Source: Minisyncoccia bacterium (GTDB taxonomy: Bacteria; Patescibacteriota; Minisyncoccia; Phycocordibacterales; XYD1-FULL-46-19). From it: DNA of 47,544 nt. The first letter of the stretch is position 1, and each line of letters starts with the position of its first letter. The notes beneath the pieces are model-generated. The model did not search any database. It was not told the DNA's origin and worked only from the letters and a program-made list of their open reading frames with translations. Below are positions 1-8,451 of the stretch, one piece after another. The translations under genes were made by a program, and so were the position numbers. The stretch covers positions 1 to 47,544 of the forward strand of contig JBFIHK010000002.1 of the NCBI GenBank assembly GCA_041601795.1, read 5' to 3'.

Positions 1-128
1 ATGTAGGGTGGCGGATAGATTATTTTTATATTTCAGATTCATTAAAAAATAAAATTAAAAAGGCCGATATTCTGACCGATATTTATAATTCCGATCATGC
101 TCCTGTTTTACTAGAATTAAATTTGTAG
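1..128 (+). CDS. xth: Exodeoxyribonuclease III / EEP-family nuclease, C-terminal fragment (5' end outside window)
   Basis: Frame 3 reads [47 protein letters not shown] and SDHxPV are the C-terminal motifs of ExoIII/APE1-type nucleases. Confidence 0.75.
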   Translation, partial: VGWRIDYFYISDSLKNKIKKADILTDIYNSDHAPVLLELNL

Positions 129-131
129 TCA

Positions 132-848
132 ATGTTGTATTTAATTTGTGGTACCGATAGTAAAAAAATAGAGGCCAAAGTGTCAGAGCTGGTGGAGAAG
201 ATGGTGGTTAAAAAGCCAACAGCCGAGATTTTTGTAATTGATGAAGATAATTTCTCTGAAAGCTATGTTGAAGAATTGTTGGTTTCTCGAGGTTTATTTT
301 CTAATCAATATTTGGTTAAGTGTCAAAACTTATTAACAAGCACCACTAGTGCTAGTTGGGTGCTAGAAAAAATAGAGGATATTGCTAACTCTGGTAATAT
401 TTTTCTCTTTAAAGAGAAAGAAATAGATAAAAAAAGTTTTAAAAAATTAGAATCTACAGCTGTTAAGACTTGGGTTTTCGATCAAACAGACAAAAAAGTT
501 TTTAATGATAAATTCATTTTTTCTATTGGTGAAGCTTTTACAGCGAGAGATCGAAAAAAAATGTGGTTGGCGGTAGCTCGCGCTCGGGCTAAAAATATGC
601 CGGCTGAAATAGTGTTTTGGCAAATTGTAAATTCGATTCGTAATATAAATTTTTTATTACTTGGCGGGGACTTGGCTGAGTTAAAACTCCACCCTTTTGT
701 TATTAGTAAAACAAAAAAAGAGGCTCAAAATTTTACCTTAGCCGAAATTCAAGATTTTCTAAATGAGCTTTTTGTGCTTTATCATGAAAGTAGGCGAGGG
801 GGTTTAGATTTGTATGACAGATTAGAGCGGTTTAGTTTAGGGGTTTAA
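132..848 (+). CDS. holA: DNA polymerase III delta subunit-like protein
   Basis: 238-aa ORF. The N-terminal LYLICG...start and overall size/charge pattern resemble short HolA proteins. No sharp motif, so this is a weak call. Confidence 0.45.
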   Translation: MLYLICGTDSKKIEAKVSELVEKMVVKKPTAEIFVIDEDNFSESYVEELLVSRGLFSNQYLVKCQNLLTSTTSASWVLEKIEDIANSGNIFLFKEKEIDKKSFKKLESTAVKTWVFDQTDKKVFNDKFIFSIGEAFTARDRKKMWLAVARARAKNMPAEIVFWQIVNSIRNINFLLLGGDLAELKLHPFVISKTKKEAQNFTLAEIQDFLNELFVLYHESRRGGLDLYDRLERFSLGV

Positions 849-851
849 GTT

Positions 852-1078
852 GTGCAGGATTCTCGAGCTACACTCGCTATGGTACCCCGCCATGCGTGCA
901 TGGCGGGGTCTTTCTAATTCGTGCAGGATTCTTTCATTACACAAACAGTATACCTTTGCGATTTTCTCTCGGCCAAGCCGCTCGAAAATAACGCAAAGCT
1001 TTTCGAATCCTGACATAACCCAAGCAGTTGGCTTATTCACGGGTCACATATAAATACTTTTCAGTATTTATAATTTTG
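852..1078 (-). repeat. tRNA-Lys-linked trailing element, two stacked modules (proximal 921-1078, distal 852-920)
   Basis: Sense remnants gtgcaggattc at 852-862 and 921-931 equal tRNA gene 1085-1095. Antisense box ttcgaatcctg at 1002-1012 is the reverse complement of 1088-1098. CTGC-loop hairpin at 1015-1036. Perfect 11-bp GC hairpin at 885-908. Confidence 0.7.
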
Positions 1079-1151
1079 TGCCCCGTGCAGGATTCGAACC
1101 TGCGACCGTTCGCTTAAAAGGCGACTGCTCTACCAACTGAGCTAACGGGGC
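1079..1151 (-). tRNA. tRNA-Lys (anticodon UUU)
   Basis: The reverse complement folds as a cloverleaf: acceptor GCCCCGT/ACGGGGC, D-arm TAGCTCAGTTGGTAGAGC, anticodon loop CTTTTAA, T-arm GCAGGTTCGAATCCTGC. No encoded CCA. Confidence 0.9.
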
Positions 1152-1226
1152 TTACAAAAACTGTTTACGGCATTATCTTACCTAAAAAACCTTGTTTTGT
1201 CTACGTTTTTAATTTAGTATAGCGGA

Positions 1227-1700
1227 ATGATTGAGGAACAAAAATACTTAGTTTTAGACAATATTCGTTCTAGTTATAACGTAGGAGCTATTTTTAGGAC
1301 AGCTGATGCTGTGGGGATAAATAAAATATTTTTAACTGGAGTCACTCCTTGTCCGGTTGATAAGTTTAACCGCGTTAGTAGTCGGATTGCTAAATCAGCT
1401 TTGGGGTCAGAACAAACGGTTAGTTGGGAATACAAAAAAAACATTAGTTCTGTTTTAAAAAAATTAGTTGAGTCTAGGGTCCAAATTATAGCTTTAGAAC
1501 AAGCACCTAAATCTGTAAACTATAAAAAAATAAAACTTGCTAAAAATTGGGCCTTAGTTTTAGGCGAAGAAACCAAAGGTTTACCAAGGGCTGTTCTTGG
1601 TAAATGTGATGTGATTGCTGAAATACCAATGAAAGGAAAAAAAGAATCTCTTAACGTATCGGTAGCTACAGGAGTGGCTTTGTTTGAATTTACTAAATAA
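1227..1700 (+). CDS. SpoU/TrmH-family RNA 2'-O-methyltransferase
   Basis: LDNIRSSYNVGAIFRTADAVG and LVLGEETKGL...IPMKGKKESLNVSVATG match SPOUT (SpoU) motifs. Confidence 0.8.
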   Translation: MIEEQKYLVLDNIRSSYNVGAIFRTADAVGINKIFLTGVTPCPVDKFNRVSSRIAKSALGSEQTVSWEYKKNISSVLKKLVESRVQIIALEQAPKSVNYKKIKLAKNWALVLGEETKGLPRAVLGKCDVIAEIPMKGKKESLNVSVATGVALFEFTK

Positions 1701-1706
1701 ACGTTT

Positions 1707-2582
1707 TTACTTTTGACATTTAGGACAAAAGTGAGTGCCTCGACCAGCGTGTTTTATTTTTAAAATTGTAGTGCCACAAGTTTTGCAAGGTTTTTTTTCT
1801 AAGCCATAAACATTTAAATGTTTAACAAAACCTCCAGGGGTGCCAAGGGCGGTTAAATAATTTTTAGCTGAAGTTCCTCTATTTTTAATTGATAGTTTCA
1901 AGACGGTGATAATATTGTTTCTTAGTTTTTCAATTTCTTTTTTGTTTAAAGTGGATACAATTTTGTCTGGTTTTAAACCACTTAAAAAACAAGCTTCATC
2001 AATGTAAATATTACCTAAGCCTGCAATGTGATGTTGGTCAAATAAAGCTTTTTTAATAGACCTTCTAGGAAAGCGCCTAAAAATATTTTCCAGTTTTAGA
2101 GGAGTGAAATCTTTAGTTAAAGGTTCCACGCCATATTTGTTTAAAGTATTTTCTTTTTCAGTGAAACTAACTAGTCTCATCCAACCAAATTTTCTCATGT
2201 CATTAAAATATAAAGTGTCGCCGTTTTTTAAGTCAAAAACAAGACGAGTAAAATTGTTGGGTAAATAGGTGGCCCCATTTTTTTGAGGATGACCACCAAT
2301 AACTAAGGAGCCAGCTTGAGGTTTTAAAATAAGCTGACCTGTCATTTTAAGATGACACAGAAGGTGAAATTCTTTTTCATTTTTATTTAAAGTTAGGTTG
2401 ATTATTTTGGCTCGGCGCGAGACATTTAAAATGGTGGCGTCTTTAGTTTGGTTAATAAAAACTTTAACCTCTAAAGGGGCGACTGTTTTAGGATTTAAAA
2501 CAGTCGTTTTTTTAATAGTTTGTCCAACTAATTTTTTTTGCAAGTCTCGAACAATAGTTTCAACTTCGGGTAATTCAGGCAT
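1707..2582 (-). CDS. mutM: Formamidopyrimidine-DNA glycosylase
   Basis: N-terminal MPELPEVE catalytic motif. C-terminal zinc finger CKTCGT...HFCPKCQ. Confidence 0.92.
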   Translation of the reverse strand: MPELPEVETIVRDLQKKLVGQTIKKTTVLNPKTVAPLEVKVFINQTKDATILNVSRRAKIINLTLNKNEKEFHLLCHLKMTGQLILKPQAGSLVIGGHPQKNGATYLPNNFTRLVFDLKNGDTLYFNDMRKFGWMRLVSFTEKENTLNKYGVEPLTKDFTPLKLENIFRRFPRRSIKKALFDQHHIAGLGNIYIDEACFLSGLKPDKIVSTLNKKEIEKLRNNIITVLKLSIKNRGTSAKNYLTALGTPGGFVKHLNVYGLEKKPCKTCGTTILKIKHAGRGTHFCPKCQK

Positions 2583-2634
2583 ATATTTTATATAACAGAA
2601 AATGACTTTAAAAGCACTTTTTAGTTTTTATGTC

Positions 2635-3927
2635 TTATTCTTTTTTCGTATTGTTGTTTTTTCGTTGGGTCAGAATTTTTTCTAATTCTTCTTCTGCCAC
2701 CTTAGCATCACTCCAAGGCTCTTTGGCACCATTTTGGCGCATAATATAGGGGTCGGTACCCTTACCAGTGATGATAACCACTCCTTTAGAGGTAACTTTT
2801 GTTAAAGCTTCTTTAATGGCTAACCGTCTATCCATTTCGATTGTTTTAGGGGTAGAACTAATACCTTCTGCTATCATGTTTACTATTTGTTTTGGATCTT
2901 CATCATAAGGATCCTCATCGGTTAAAATAATGTGTTGGCAATGTTTGTCGGCCACTTTACCCATAGCAACTCTTTTTTGAGTGTCGCGCCCACCACCAGC
3001 TGATCCTAAGACGCAAACTTTTTTATAGTCTTTATAGAGGGAATATATTTTATCTAAAGAGTCGGCAGTATGAGCATAGTCAACAATTACATCAAAATCT
3101 TGATAAGGGGTTAAATTTTTGTTTTGGGGGTAAATTTTTTCTACGCGTCCAGGAATGCCGTTAAAATTTTCTAAACCTTTTTTAATTGTTGGTAAATCAA
3201 TATCTAAATGCTCAGCTATTTTAATAGCTGATAAGATATTGTACAGATTAAAAATACCAGCTAAATGACTTTGAATTTTTGTATTTTTGTAGGTAAAAAA
3301 TAAACCGTCGATAGTAGAAGTGTAGGGTTCGGCCTCTGTGAGGTGAGTTTGAATAATTTTTTCTAAAGGGGGTAGTTTTAATTTAAGACTTTCTTCGTCG
3401 TCGCCATTGGTAACTAAAATTTTATTTTTTTTAGGAGAATTTTTTAAAGTTTTAACTATTTTTAACTTAGCTTTAGTATATTTTTCATAAGAACCGTGAG
3501 ACTCTATGTGTTCTGGTGAAAGATTGGTGAAGATTAAACCATTTAAATAAATAAATTTATGTCGCCACTGCTTAGTGCCTTCTGAGGTCATTTCGATAAT
3601 GGCACAAGTGGAGCCTTTATGAACGGCTTCGTATAAAAACTTTTGCAAGAAAGCCCGTCCAGGCATTGTCATTTTTAATAAATTTGGTTTAGTGTCAGAA
3701 TTAATTTTAAAACGTAATGTCGAAGCAATGGTAGTTTTGTGACCAGCAGCCTCTAAAATAGAATTCAAAATTTCCACTGTACTAGTTTTGCCTTTAGTAC
3801 CAGTAATACCAATAGTTATTATTTTTTTAGTCGGAAAACGGTAATAAATAGCTCCACCTAAAGCAATTAGAAAATGATAAATAGAGACGATAAAATTAGG
3901 GGTTATTTTTTTTATTTTATTTAGCAT
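2635..3927 (-). CDS. murE: Mur ligase, UDP-N-acetylmuramoyl-tripeptide synthetase (MurE-like)
   Basis: P-loop GITGTKGKTST. C-terminal TDEDPYDEDP sits in the position of the MurE DNPR motif. Adjacent to a FemAB gene. Confidence 0.8.
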   Translation of the reverse strand: MLNKIKKITPNFIVSIYHFLIALGGAIYYRFPTKKIITIGITGTKGKTSTVEILNSILEAAGHKTTIASTLRFKINSDTKPNLLKMTMPGRAFLQKFLYEAVHKGSTCAIIEMTSEGTKQWRHKFIYLNGLIFTNLSPEHIESHGSYEKYTKAKLKIVKTLKNSPKKNKILVTNGDDEESLKLKLPPLEKIIQTHLTEAEPYTSTIDGLFFTYKNTKIQSHLAGIFNLYNILSAIKIAEHLDIDLPTIKKGLENFNGIPGRVEKIYPQNKNLTPYQDFDVIVDYAHTADSLDKIYSLYKDYKKVCVLGSAGGGRDTQKRVAMGKVADKHCQHIILTDEDPYDEDPKQIVNMIAEGISSTPKTIEMDRRLAIKEALTKVTSKGVVIITGKGTDPYIMRQNGAKEPWSDAKVAEEELEKILTQRKNNNTKKE

Positions 3928-3928
3928 A

Positions 3929-4957
3929 TTAAATATTTAATTTTTTTTTAATTATATAAAGATAATACCAAAAAGGTGATATAACCAAATCAAAAGTAGG
4001 GCCAAAATCTTTAATTAAGCCTGTAAACTGTTTTTTAAAATGACTCACATTTTGCCACGATAAATCTGTTCCATGGCTAACACCGCCAAAGCTATAATAT
4101 TTGGCTCCCAAGCGAGCACTTTCTAGAAAACCTATCCAATGAGCCAAATAAGTGGAAAATTGTTCTCTATAAGAACTACTAGAAGCTCCGAAAACAAATA
4201 AAGCTGTCCCACCATAAACTACTATTAAATTAATGGCTAATATTTCTTGTTTAAATTCTGATACAACTAAAAAACCATTCTTTTGATTATTGAGACTATT
4301 AAAAATATGTTGATAGTATTTTTTAGGGTGAAGTTTAAAATTTGCTCGATTAGCTGTTTCTTCCATTAAACGATAAAATTCAGGGAAATACTGACTTAAA
4401 TTATTAGAGATAATTTTAGTGGTGGTGCCTCTTTTTGTGGCCGTTCTAATAGAATAGCGAGTGTTTTTATTGAGTGAATTTAATAATTCCGTTTCAGGTT
4501 TTGATATGTCCACCACCCATTCATATCGAGGTTGGCTTAAAACAGAGTAATAACCTTTTTTAGGGGTGGGGTGAGTTTTTCTTTTAATGTTTCTTAAAGC
4601 CTCAGGAGTAAAGAATTGAGGATTAAAACGAATAAAGGCAATATTGTTTTTTTGACTATATTGTTTAAGGTAAAAAACTAAAGCTTCTACACTTTCTTGG
4701 TTTGTATTTTTTGTTAAAACAATAGGGCCATGGGGAATGAAAGCTTGTTTTTTACCTCCAGCTAGAGGGGTTGTTAAAATTTGTAAAAATATTTGAGGTT
4801 TTGTTTGTTTTTGTAAAATGAGCCTCTCTACTTTTACTCCAGGTCTTTCTTTTTGCCATAAGTTATATAAAAAACTTTGAGTTAGGTGGCCACCGATGGC
4901 GTTTATTGTTTCATCGTACATTGACGAATCTAGGGTAGTGAAAGTGAAATCTTTCAT
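3929..4957 (-). CDS. FemAB-family peptidoglycan interpeptide-bridge aminoacyltransferase
   Basis: 342 aa. Length and pattern (NKNTRYSIRTATKRG, FKLHPKKYY, YGGTALFVFGASS, YYSFGGV) are typical of FemX/FemAB proteins. Translationally coupled to murE. Confidence 0.7.
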   Translation of the reverse strand: MKDFTFTTLDSSMYDETINAIGGHLTQSFLYNLWQKERPGVKVERLILQKQTKPQIFLQILTTPLAGGKKQAFIPHGPIVLTKNTNQESVEALVFYLKQYSQKNNIAFIRFNPQFFTPEALRNIKRKTHPTPKKGYYSVLSQPRYEWVVDISKPETELLNSLNKNTRYSIRTATKRGTTTKIISNNLSQYFPEFYRLMEETANRANFKLHPKKYYQHIFNSLNNQKNGFLVVSEFKQEILAINLIVVYGGTALFVFGASSSSYREQFSTYLAHWIGFLESARLGAKYYSFGGVSHGTDLSWQNVSHFKKQFTGLIKDFGPTFDLVISPFWYYLYIIKKKLNI

Positions 4958-4959
4958 AT

Positions 4960-5532
4960 TTATTTTCGACCTAATTTTTTTATAGCTATTTTTATTTTTT
5001 CGTCGACCGTTGTGTCTTCGCCGGTAATTTGTTTGAAAATATTTCTAATATCAGAAATGTTATAACCAAGGGCGATTAAAGCATCGACAGCGTCATTATC
5101 ATTTTTAGAAATTTTACTTTGGTCATGGGGTAGAGTGCCAATTTTGTCTCTTAATTCTAAAATAATTTTTTCGGCACTTTTACGACCAATACCAGAAACT
5201 TTAGTTAAGTAACTAATGTTTTCCGATAAAATGGCTTGGCGCAGGGTCTCTGGGGGAGCGATAGACAAAATAGACAAGGCACTTTTAGGGCCAATACCAG
5301 AAATATTTACCAGAAGTTTAAAAAATATTAATTCTTCATTTTCTATGAAGCCGTACAAATCTAAAACATCTTCCCTGACTATTAGATGTGTTTTTAATTT
5401 AACTTCATCGCCGATGTTTAAACTAGATAAAGCGTGTTCTGTTAAATAAACAATATAACCAAGATCACTTGTTTTTATTAAAGCGGATCTATGTTGGAGG
5501 TCTATAATTTGTCCCTGGAGATAGCCTATCAT
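4960..5532 (-). CDS. ruvA: Holliday junction DNA helicase subunit RuvA
   Basis: MIGYLQG start and two helix-hairpin-helix motifs (ISGIGPKSA, VSGIGRKSAEKI). Confidence 0.9.
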   Translation of the reverse strand: MIGYLQGQIIDLQHRSALIKTSDLGYIVYLTEHALSSLNIGDEVKLKTHLIVREDVLDLYGFIENEELIFFKLLVNISGIGPKSALSILSIAPPETLRQAILSENISYLTKVSGIGRKSAEKIILELRDKIGTLPHDQSKISKNDNDAVDALIALGYNISDIRNIFKQITGEDTTVDEKIKIAIKKLGRK

Positions 5533-5601
5533 TAATATATATAATACATTTTGCTTTCGCCCCTTGCAATTTAAAGAAATATTATGTAATATTCTCCTCG
5601 T

Positions 5602-5874
5602 ATGCCAATAACTAAATCAGCTAAAAAAGCTTTGCGAGGAAGCGCTAAAAAACGCGTTTTTAATAATACTCGTAAGAAAAACATGAAAGACGCCGTTAAG
5701 AGGATAAAAAAGTCTTTAATGGTTAAAGATGTAGCCACAGCTGAAAGTAAGCTCAGTGAAGCTTATAAAGCCATAGACAAGGCTTTTAAGCGGGGGGTAA
5801 TCAAGAAAAATACAGCTGCTCGAAAAAAATCTCGCTTAACTAAAGCTATTATTAAAACTAAAAAAGCTAAGTAA
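5602..5874 (+). CDS. rpsT: 30S ribosomal protein S20
   Basis: Basic 90-aa protein. MPITKSAKKALR...start is typical of S20. Confidence 0.9.
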   Translation: MPITKSAKKALRGSAKKRVFNNTRKKNMKDAVKRIKKSLMVKDVATAESKLSEAYKAIDKAFKRGVIKKNTAARKKSRLTKAIIKTKKAK

Positions 5875-5891
5875 AAATAAAATTAAGCCTC

Positions 5892-5923
5892 AAAAAAAAC
5901 ACTTCAAGAGAAGTGTTTTTTTT
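5892..5923. terminator. Bidirectional intrinsic terminator (rpsT / tRNA-Arg)
   Basis: A-run, stem cacttc / gaagtg with loop aaga, then T8. Confidence 0.7.
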
Positions 5924-5968
5924 GATCTTATAAATTGAAATTGCTAATTTATTTTTTATCAAAAATTT

Positions 5969-6043
5969 TGGTGCTCTCACCAAGAGTCGAACTTGGATTA
6001 CGGGTTCCGCAAACCCGCGTTCTATCCATTGAACTATGAGAGC
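5969..6043 (-). tRNA. tRNA-Arg (anticodon GCG), CCA encoded
   Basis: Reverse complement GCTCTCA-TA-GTTCAATGGATAGAAC-G-CGGGT-TTGCGGA-ACCCG-TAAT-CCAAG-TTCGACT-CTTGG-TGAGAGC-A-CCA. Confidence 0.85.
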
Positions 6044-6076
6044 TTAAATTTCTTAGGCTAGATTATCATAAAAAAA

Positions 6077-6571
6077 TTAAAAGCCCAACTGCTCTGATAT
6101 TTTATCTACTAGTGATTCTTCAAAGTCTACCTCTGGTATAAAGTCAGCTAAAAAGTCGCGTACCTCTTCAGGGTCAATATGGCTTAGGGGTATGACAATA
6201 TGAGGGAAGATCATACGTCCAGTTTCTACCATTAATTTATAAGGTTTTTCATCGTCTTTAATGGCAAAAGAGTCTATTTCTTTTAAAGGGTATAAATTAT
6301 TTTTTATTTTTATACCTTGAGTGGAGATTGAAAAATTTATTAATTCTGGTTTCCTGTTAACTAAAGCCATGGCTGTACCCATGCCGATTAATAAAATGAG
6401 AGCCAGTAAAAAGTTTTTTAAAATAATAGCCAGTAAAATTCCTCCGGCGGTAACAGCTCCTACAACCCAAAACCAGTCTTGAGTTTTGTCTTCTTGTTGG
6501 GTGTATTCAAAATCTTGCCAGTCTATAGTTTGGCCTCGTCTATTTTTCCTAGGATTTAGAGTAGGGTTCAT
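6077..6571 (-). CDS. Hypothetical membrane protein
   Basis: 164-aa ORF with two adjacent hydrophobic helices (WFWVVGAVTAGGILLAIILKNFLLALILLIGMGTAMAL). No recognisable family. Confidence 0.6.
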   Translation of the reverse strand: MNPTLNPRKNRRGQTIDWQDFEYTQQEDKTQDWFWVVGAVTAGGILLAIILKNFLLALILLIGMGTAMALVNRKPELINFSISTQGIKIKNNLYPLKEIDSFAIKDDEKPYKLMVETGRMIFPHIVIPLSHIDPEEVRDFLADFIPEVDFEESLVDKISEQLGF

Positions 6572-6688
6572 TGTTCATATTGTAACAACGCTCATAGATT
6601 ACTTCAATTTTTTTACACACAAATTAAATAAAATTTATTTTGCCTTTAACATCATTTGTATTAACAGTATAATACTGAAGATACTTTT

Positions 6689-8146
6689 ATGTTTAATTTT
6701 GAAAAATGGCTTTTTAGTTTTGTTGTTTTCAGTAGTTTAAGTGCTATCTTGTCGATAGTAGTTTTTTCTCCTGTTTTAAATAAGGATAAGTGGCTGACAT
6801 TAGCAGAAGAAGCTTTAGTGGTGTTTGATTTAAAATCTAAAGCTGTTTTGTCGCAAGTAGAAGATATTAAAGTTTTTGAACCTGTAGATTGGGTCGAAGA
6901 AGGGGCAGTTCAAGTGATAGACGAAGGCAATCCTATGAATTTTAAAGTTTGGCGACCGCAGGTAGAAGTTAAAGATAATTTAATTAAAAATAAAATTGAT
7001 TTTTTAGAAATAAATTTTCCGACCGGTAAAATAATTAAACACAAATCGGGTCAGTCTGAACTAAAAAAAGATATTTTGGCGGCGGGTGATCCTCAAGGTT
7101 GGGGTGGAACACCAGCTGGACTTTATAATGTTTTGAGTAAAAATGAAAAATCTTTTTCCATGTCTAGTAGTGCTTATATGCCTTATGCTGTGCATTTTTA
7201 TGGTAAGTATTTTATTCATGGTGAGCCATATCTTACCACTGGAGATAAAATAGACTCTGTTTATTCTGGGGGCTGCATCAGAGTAGCTGACAAAGATGTT
7301 CAAAATATTTTTACCGCTAGTGATGTAGGGCTACCTGTTTTAGTTATTGATAAAAATTACATTGATCGCTCATTTATAGTCAAAGATTTACCTAAACCAT
7401 TAGTATCGGCTAAATCTTTTGCGGTGGTTGACTTAGAGTCGGGGGTGGTTTTAGCTGACAAAGAAGCCCAAACCAAAAGACCAATTGCTTCTATTACTAA
7501 ATTAATGACAGCGGTAGTGGTAGCTGAAAATATAGATTTACGTAAAGGGGTTTATGCTACCGATAATATGTTGGAAGCTTATGGGTCGACCGAAGGTTTA
7601 ACTAGTGGGGGTTTTTATAAGGCGGTGGAACTTTTTCATTTATTGTTAACAGAAAGTTCCAATGACGCAGCCGAGGTTTTAACTGGTTTTTTAGGACGTG
7701 AGGCTACTATTAATTTAATGACCGAAAAAGCTAAAAGTTTATTTATGGCAGACACTAGCTTTGCCGATCCGTCTGGGTTTGATAGGGACAATATTTCGAC
7801 CGCTAAAGATTTAACTTTTTTAGCTCGTTATATTTACAACAATCGAAAGCCTATTTTAGACATTACAGCTGGGAGAAAAGTCACCACTTTTGGACCCATG
7901 CAATTTGAGGTTAGCAATTTAGTTAATAAAAATAGTTTTAAAAATGGTATTGGTTTTATTGGTGGCAAAACTGGCTTTATTAACGATGCTCGTAACACCG
8001 GACTTTTTATTTTTAAGATGAAAAATAGTTTAGGCGAAGAGTTTCCAGTAGGGGTGACCGTTTTAGGGTCTGAAAGTTTAAAGCAAGATACTGAAAAATT
8101 GCTCGAGTGGGTAGAAGAGGAGTATGAGCTTGAAAGGGTGGGGTAG
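6689..8146 (+). CDS. Fusion protein: L,D-transpeptidase (YkuD) domain + D-alanyl-D-alanine carboxypeptidase (S11/PBP5-like) domain
   Basis: N-terminal anchor. YkuD motif HGEPY...SGGCIRV. Then SxxK (ASITKLM), SxN (ESSNDAA) and KTG (GGKTGF) motifs of class-A low-MW PBPs. Confidence 0.8.
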   Translation: MFNFEKWLFSFVVFSSLSAILSIVVFSPVLNKDKWLTLAEEALVVFDLKSKAVLSQVEDIKVFEPVDWVEEGAVQVIDEGNPMNFKVWRPQVEVKDNLIKNKIDFLEINFPTGKIIKHKSGQSELKKDILAAGDPQGWGGTPAGLYNVLSKNEKSFSMSSSAYMPYAVHFYGKYFIHGEPYLTTGDKIDSVYSGGCIRVADKDVQNIFTASDVGLPVLVIDKNYIDRSFIVKDLPKPLVSAKSFAVVDLESGVVLADKEAQTKRPIASITKLMTAVVVAENIDLRKGVYATDNMLEAYGSTEGLTSGGFYKAVELFHLLLTESSNDAAEVLTGFLGREATINLMTEKAKSLFMADTSFADPSGFDRDNISTAKDLTFLARYIYNNRKPILDITAGRKVTTFGPMQFEVSNLVNKNSFKNGIGFIGGKTGFINDARNTGLFIFKMKNSLGEEFPVGVTVLGSESLKQDTEKLLEWVEEEYELERVG

Positions 8147-8189
8147 GGTTGGTTTACTTGAAAAAAATTTGAGATTTAGGTAATGTTTT

Positions 8190-8405
8190 ACTTGGGTAAG
8201 TAACAACAGTTGTCATGGTGACATCTCTGTTGGTTGCTGGGTAGGCAACCAAATGAGTAGTCGGGTTCGATGCCCGAAACTGGACCGATAAGAGAGAAAT
8301 GGTTGTCTAGAATAAGTGGGAGCCGTTGAGACTTTTTCGCTAGAAAAAGAGGAGGCGTCGTTGGAATACCACTCTCCATTAATCAAATTGAGGTTTGTTA
8401 CCCTT
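8190..8405 (+). ncRNA. Unassigned structured RNA candidate (or long structured 3' UTR of the preceding gene)
   Basis: No credible ORF. Several hairpins: GTCAtggTGAC; GGTTGC-tgggtag-GCAACC; perfect T-arm-like TCGGG-TTCGATG-CCCGA at 8261-8277; CTTTTTC-gcta-GAAAAAG. Immediately followed by an intrinsic terminator. Confidence 0.35.
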
Positions 8406-8407
8406 CT

Positions 8408-8443
8408 GAGCTTGTCACTTTGTGTGGCAAGCTCTTATTTTTT
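8408..8443 (+). terminator. Intrinsic terminator
   Basis: Stem gagcttg...caagctc (8408-8434) followed by ttatttttt. Confidence 0.7.
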
Positions 8444-8451
8444 ATAGGTTT

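Noticed and set aside
837-1053. Track ORFs 837-1040 (-) and 850-1053 (+), 67 aa each
   Set aside because: They lie entirely within the tRNA-Lys trailing element, which is made of tRNA-derived fragments and GC hairpins. They overlap each other on opposite strands, lack an RBS, and their open frames are explained by the locally higher GC.
8190-8443. tmRNA, RNase P RNA or SRP RNA assignment for the intergenic structured region
   Set aside because: The diagnostic consensus strings of these RNAs are absent on both strands, and the region is short for tmRNA or RNase P. It is kept only as an unassigned candidate.
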